Shown here: piece by piece, positions 59,511 through 64,000 of the stretch
Numbering within the stretch: the first letter of the stretch is position 1
How the letters are laid out: each line of letters starts with the position of its first letter
Assembly: GCF_036365525.1 (NCBI RefSeq)
Contig: NC_090411.1
Coordinates: forward strand, 32,070,432-32,134,431
Reading direction: 5' to 3'
DNA from: Heterodontus francisci
Taxonomy: Eukaryota
Length of the DNA stretch: 64,000 bases
Program-made: the position numbers and the translations under genes
Notes under the pieces: generated by a model
The model's input: only the letters and a program-made list of their open reading frames with translations
Database searches by the model: none
Told to the model about the DNA's origin: nothing

Positions 59511-61456
59511 GCTTAATCCCTGCAGTCAGTTTATTGTGTTCAGTACTCTTGTTTATATAATGTGCAAGATTCTCCCTGTCCTCTAGGGAGTGATGGCCTC
59601 TGACTTTGTACCAAGGGTTTGAGACCTGATCTCTTACTGTAATGTTAACTCTAAATAAACTACTCCATATTTGACTGGGTTTTCTCTCCTTGGTTATTTT
59701 ATTTTTTCAGATTAACACTCCAATGTACACAATGTAGTTTACATCTGGAAGAACTGGGCTGTGTAATAGATTTATCATGGGGAGATTTGTTTATTTGTCA
59801 GACCTTCAACATCCAAGGCAATTTCAATTCTCTTTACATCTGGTTGCATTTAGATAGTGCCTTTACCATAGTAAAACATTCCAAAATGCTTCACCAGGAA
59901 TGTTAAACAAAATGTGACTTTGCCCCACATGAGAGAAGCAGGTGCCCAAAAACGTAGTCAATGAAATAGGTTTTAAAGTGTTTGAGAGACATTTAGAGAG
60001 GGGATAGTAGAGTTTGGGGCCTAGGCAGCTGAGCATAAGTTGTTTCCTCTGATGCTGTATGTTCTCAGCTTTATTGACAACTCTCTCTAACCACTAAATA
60101 AACCAAAATATTAGTTGCTGCAACTTTTGCTTGTTAAAATGCAAAGGATGTCTTGCAGTGAATTAGTGTTGTATCATTTCAGTCCCAGGATCAATTCTAG
60201 TATCTGTCCTTAGGAAAGCAATTTTTGTGTTTAGTAAGTTTCCACTAATCCCAGTCTGACTTCTTGTAGGATACAGTTGGGGTAGCTCACTCGGCCAAAT
60301 TTATATCTGCTACTTTAGACTTGCTGGTAAGCTCTAAATAGCTGTTGTACCCAATGTCTGAGCTCACTGAGTTTGAATGTACTAAAGGGGAAATTACAGT
60401 TGGGTGACTGATGAAATCGACCTGAAATGCCATAAACTTTGCTTTTTTGGTGGGTGGAGAGGGGTGGTTTGGAGATGGAAGAGGATTGAACTCTGTTCTA
60501 GAAAGTCTTGCACTTGCTCTCTCTATTGAATAACCTATCTAGGCTCTCACTTCCATCAATAAAAACATTTGGTACGGAGGAGGAGAATGTGTGGATCTGT
60601 GCTCCAATTTCTTCCTTCTAGAAGGAGTGAACATCACTTATTCAATACACAAAGCAAAACATCAACTACATAATGAGTTAAATTGATATTTATTGTTCTT
60701 GCCACCTTTCTGCTTTCCCGCCCCCTGCCTCCCTTCTCAAACCCCCAAAATTTTCACTTCCTCCAATCTATAAACCTACTACCAGCAGCTGCTCCATCAA
60801 TCTATCAATTTGTATTTAGGCACATTGTACATTTCATACCAAATAGGATTTGGAATGGATAATTCCTACTGGATCTCCACTTGTCTCCTATCATTGGATT
60901 CAAATGATTTTGCTGCAACTGCAATTATCCAATGTTTACATGATTTTAGCAATGTAGTTGAGAATTGCACCAAGTGCAATGGTGAATAGGTCATGCCCGT
61001 GCACAGCTGTGCAGCAATCTTTAAGAGAATGAGAGGGAATATTGGTCTTCAGTAATTCCATATTAATGTCTTTGCATCTCTCAAAGAGGTTCCTAGTCAA
61101 CTTATTTGATCTTTGCTGTTGTGTGGAAATTTACAAAGAGCAAAGGATAAATCTCTCAACTTTGAGCTTTTTGTACAGATCAACAATACAGGTACAACAG
61201 TACAGGTAGTGATACTGAATTCAAAGCAGTCCTGTGGAAAAGATACATCAATAATTCCCTCAGAACCAGTAACCACAGGCCTTAATCAAAGTCTCTGCTG
61301 TCCATCTGGTGGCCATTGAGTGACCATGTGATATCCATCAGTTTGGTCAAAAGCCTATGCGGCCGCAGGACGTTCACTGCATCTCGGATCCTTTTTGACC
61401 AGAACAGGTGTAAATACGGGTACAACAATACAGTATCACCAACAGACACGTCTCCA

Positions 61457-64000
61457 TTTTTTTTAATTTCCAAAATATACTTTATTCATAAAAATCTGTA
61501 AAAATTACATTGCCAAACAGTTTCAAAAAATACAAACATTGCAAGGGAGATCAGTTTCCTTCTATACTATCATGAGTTTCTTCGCAACCCTTCCATTTCA
61601 CAATTGTCATGCCAATTACAGTTTTACATTTACAGCAAATGAAAATATTAACGATACAGTTCGAGGGGTTTCCCATAGATCCAGCCCCTCAGTTCAGCTT
61701 GGTGGGGGGACCTTACACTGTGGTCTTTCCCCATTGAGCCTTTGCTGCGGCTGCCCCAAGCTTTAGTGCGTCCCTCAGCACGTAGTCCTGGACCTTGGAA
61801 TGTGCCAGTCTGCAACATTCGGTGGTGGACAACTCTTTGCGCTGGAAGACCAGCAAGTTTCGGGCAGACCAAATTCACCGAATTGATAGTCCTCCAGCAG
61901 CAGTTGATGTTTGTCTCGGTGTGCGTCCCTGGGAACAGCCCGTAGAGTACAGACTCCTGTGTTACAGAGCTGCTTGGGATGAACCTCGACAAAAACCACT
62001 GCATCTCTTTCCACACTTGCTTTGCAAAGACACATTCCAAGAGGAGGTGGGCGACCGTCTCTTCCCCACCACAGCCACTGCGGGGGCATTGTGCGGAGGG
62101 GGCGAGACTTCAGGTGTGCATGAAGGATCTGACAGGGAGGGCCCTTCTCACCACCAGCCAAGCTACGTCTTGGTGCTTGTTTGAAAATTCTGGTGATGAG
62201 GCATTCCGCCAAATTACTTTGACGGTCTGCTCGGGGAACCATCCGACAGGATCCACCGTCTCCTTTTCCCGTAGGGCCTTGAGGACATTCCGTGCAGACC
62301 ACTGCCTGATGGACCGGTGGTCAAAGGTGTTTTCCCGCAGAAACGGCTCCACGAAGGATAGGTGGTACGGCACGGCCCAACTGCATGGAGCGTTCCGCGG
62401 CAATGTGACCAGGCCCATCCTTCGCAACACCGGGGACAGATAGAACCTCAGCACGTAGTGACACTTGGAGTTTGCATACTGGAGGTATACACACAGCTTG
62501 ATACAGCCGCACACGAAGGTGGTCATCAGGATGAGGGCCACGTTGGGGACATTTTTCCCGCCCTTGTCCAGAGATTTGAACATCGTGTCCCTCCGGACCC
62601 GGTCCATTTTAGATCCCCAGATGAAGCGGAAAATGGCTCGGGTGACTGCCACGGCGCAGGAGTGGGGTATGGGCCAGACCTGTGCCACGTAGAGCAACAA
62701 CGTGAGCGCCTCGCACCTGATGACCAGGTTCTTATCCACAATGGAGAAAGATCGCTGCCCCCACATGCCCAACTTTTGTCGTACCTTGGCTACTCGCTCC
62801 TCCCAGGTTTTGGTGCACGCCCCAGCCCTTCCGAACCATATCCCCAGCACCTTCAGGTAATCTGACCTGACGGTGAAGGGGACAAAGGATCGGTCAGCCC
62901 AGTTCCCAAAGAACATGGCCTCGCTCTTGCCGTGGTTAACTTTGGCTCCCGAGGCCAGTTCGAACTGGTCGCAGATGCTCATCAGTCTGCGCACGGACAG
63001 CGGAACCGAGCAGAAGACGGCGACGTCATCCATGTACAGGGAGGTTTTAACCTGAGTGCCTCCGCCACCTGGGATTGTCACCTCTCTTATGCTCGCATCC
63101 TTCCTAATAGACTCAGCAAAGGGTTCAATACAGCAAACAAACAAGACCGGGGAGAGAGGACAGCCCTGTCTGACTCCAGATTTGATCGGGAAACTTTCCG
63201 ATTCCCACCCGTTGATTGAGACTGCGCTACTGATGTTTGTGTGGAGCAGTTGGATCCAATTGCAGATTCCCTCCCCAAACCCCATTTTGGAAAGCACGTC
63301 CATCATGTAGGTGTGCGATATCCTGTCAAAAGCCTTCTCCTGGTCCAGGCTGATGAGGCAGGTGTCCACCCTCCTGTCCCGCACGTAGGCGATCGTATCC
63401 CTGAGTAGCGCGAGGCTATCAGAGATCTCCCTGCCGGGTACAGTACAGGTCTGATCGGGGTGAATCACCAACTCCAGAGCAGACTTGACTCGACTGGCTA
63501 TGACTTTGGACAGAATCTTGTAATCAACATTAAGCAGTGAGATGGGCCGCCAATTTCTGATTTCTGCCCTCTCCCCCTTCCGCTTGTAAATGAGGGTGAT
63601 GAAGCCTTTCCTCATGGATTCTGACATGCTGCTGGCCAGGAGCATACTCTCGTATACTTCCAGCAGGTCCGGGCCGACCCAGTCCCACACGGCCGAGTAC
63701 AACTCGACCGGTAAGCCGTCGCTCCCGGGAGTTTTACTCGTCTCGAAGGACTCGACGGCTTTTGTCAGCTCGTCCAGAGTTAGCGGCTTGTCCAATCTCT
63801 CCCTCCTGCTGTCATCTAAGACCTCTGTGATAGATGACAGGAAGGACTGGGAGGCTCTGCTGTCTGTGGGCTTCGCGTCATACAGCCCAGCATAAAAGGA
63901 TTTGCTGATCCTTAGTATGTCGGACTGCGAAGACGTTACCGAGCCATCTTCTTCCTTCAGGCTGCTGATAACAGAGCTCTCTCTGTGTACCTTTTGGAAG
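61457..64000 (-). mobile_element. Tx1/L1-clade non-LTR retrotransposon (ORF2 RT), runs off the window
   Basis: Frame is open from the window end to TGA at 62110-62112: KTPGSDGLP, NWRPISLLNVDYKILSK, SLDQEKAFD, GVRQGCPLSP, YMDD. The same frame continues into a C-terminal Cys/His motif. AATAAA at 61481-61486 and A-tail at 61457-61464 on the minus strand; GC/CpG-rich, so young. Confidence 0.92.

Overview
Vertebrate genomic DNA, most likely a cartilaginous fish (shark or ray), judged from HE1/V-SINE, HER1/CR1-type, DeuSINE, Penelope and Tx1 repeats. The window is a head-to-tail array of 11 ferritin loci (heavy/middle-type) on the + strand. Nine have intact 4-exon ORFs (102-105/147/126/147-156 nt), one has a premature TGA, and one is an internally deleted two-exon 'half-ferritin' with an intact promoter and an open 81-codon frame. 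The 5' 50 kb is a higher-order repeat (units start at about 1, 17499, 30474 and 43006), followed by an older repeat of about 4-5 kb. Main points of interest: exons are homogenised almost to identity while introns are divergent or unalignable; no copy has a canonical iron-responsive element; a deletion-inversion-deletion scar marks a lost paralog; a young 1.5-kb palindromic Penelope insertion carries minimal hammerhead motifs and a junction-created GIY-YIG ORF; nested LINE>LTR>hAT insertions lie upstream of the promoters; and a young Tx1/L1 element ends the window. All calls were made by eye, without database searches.
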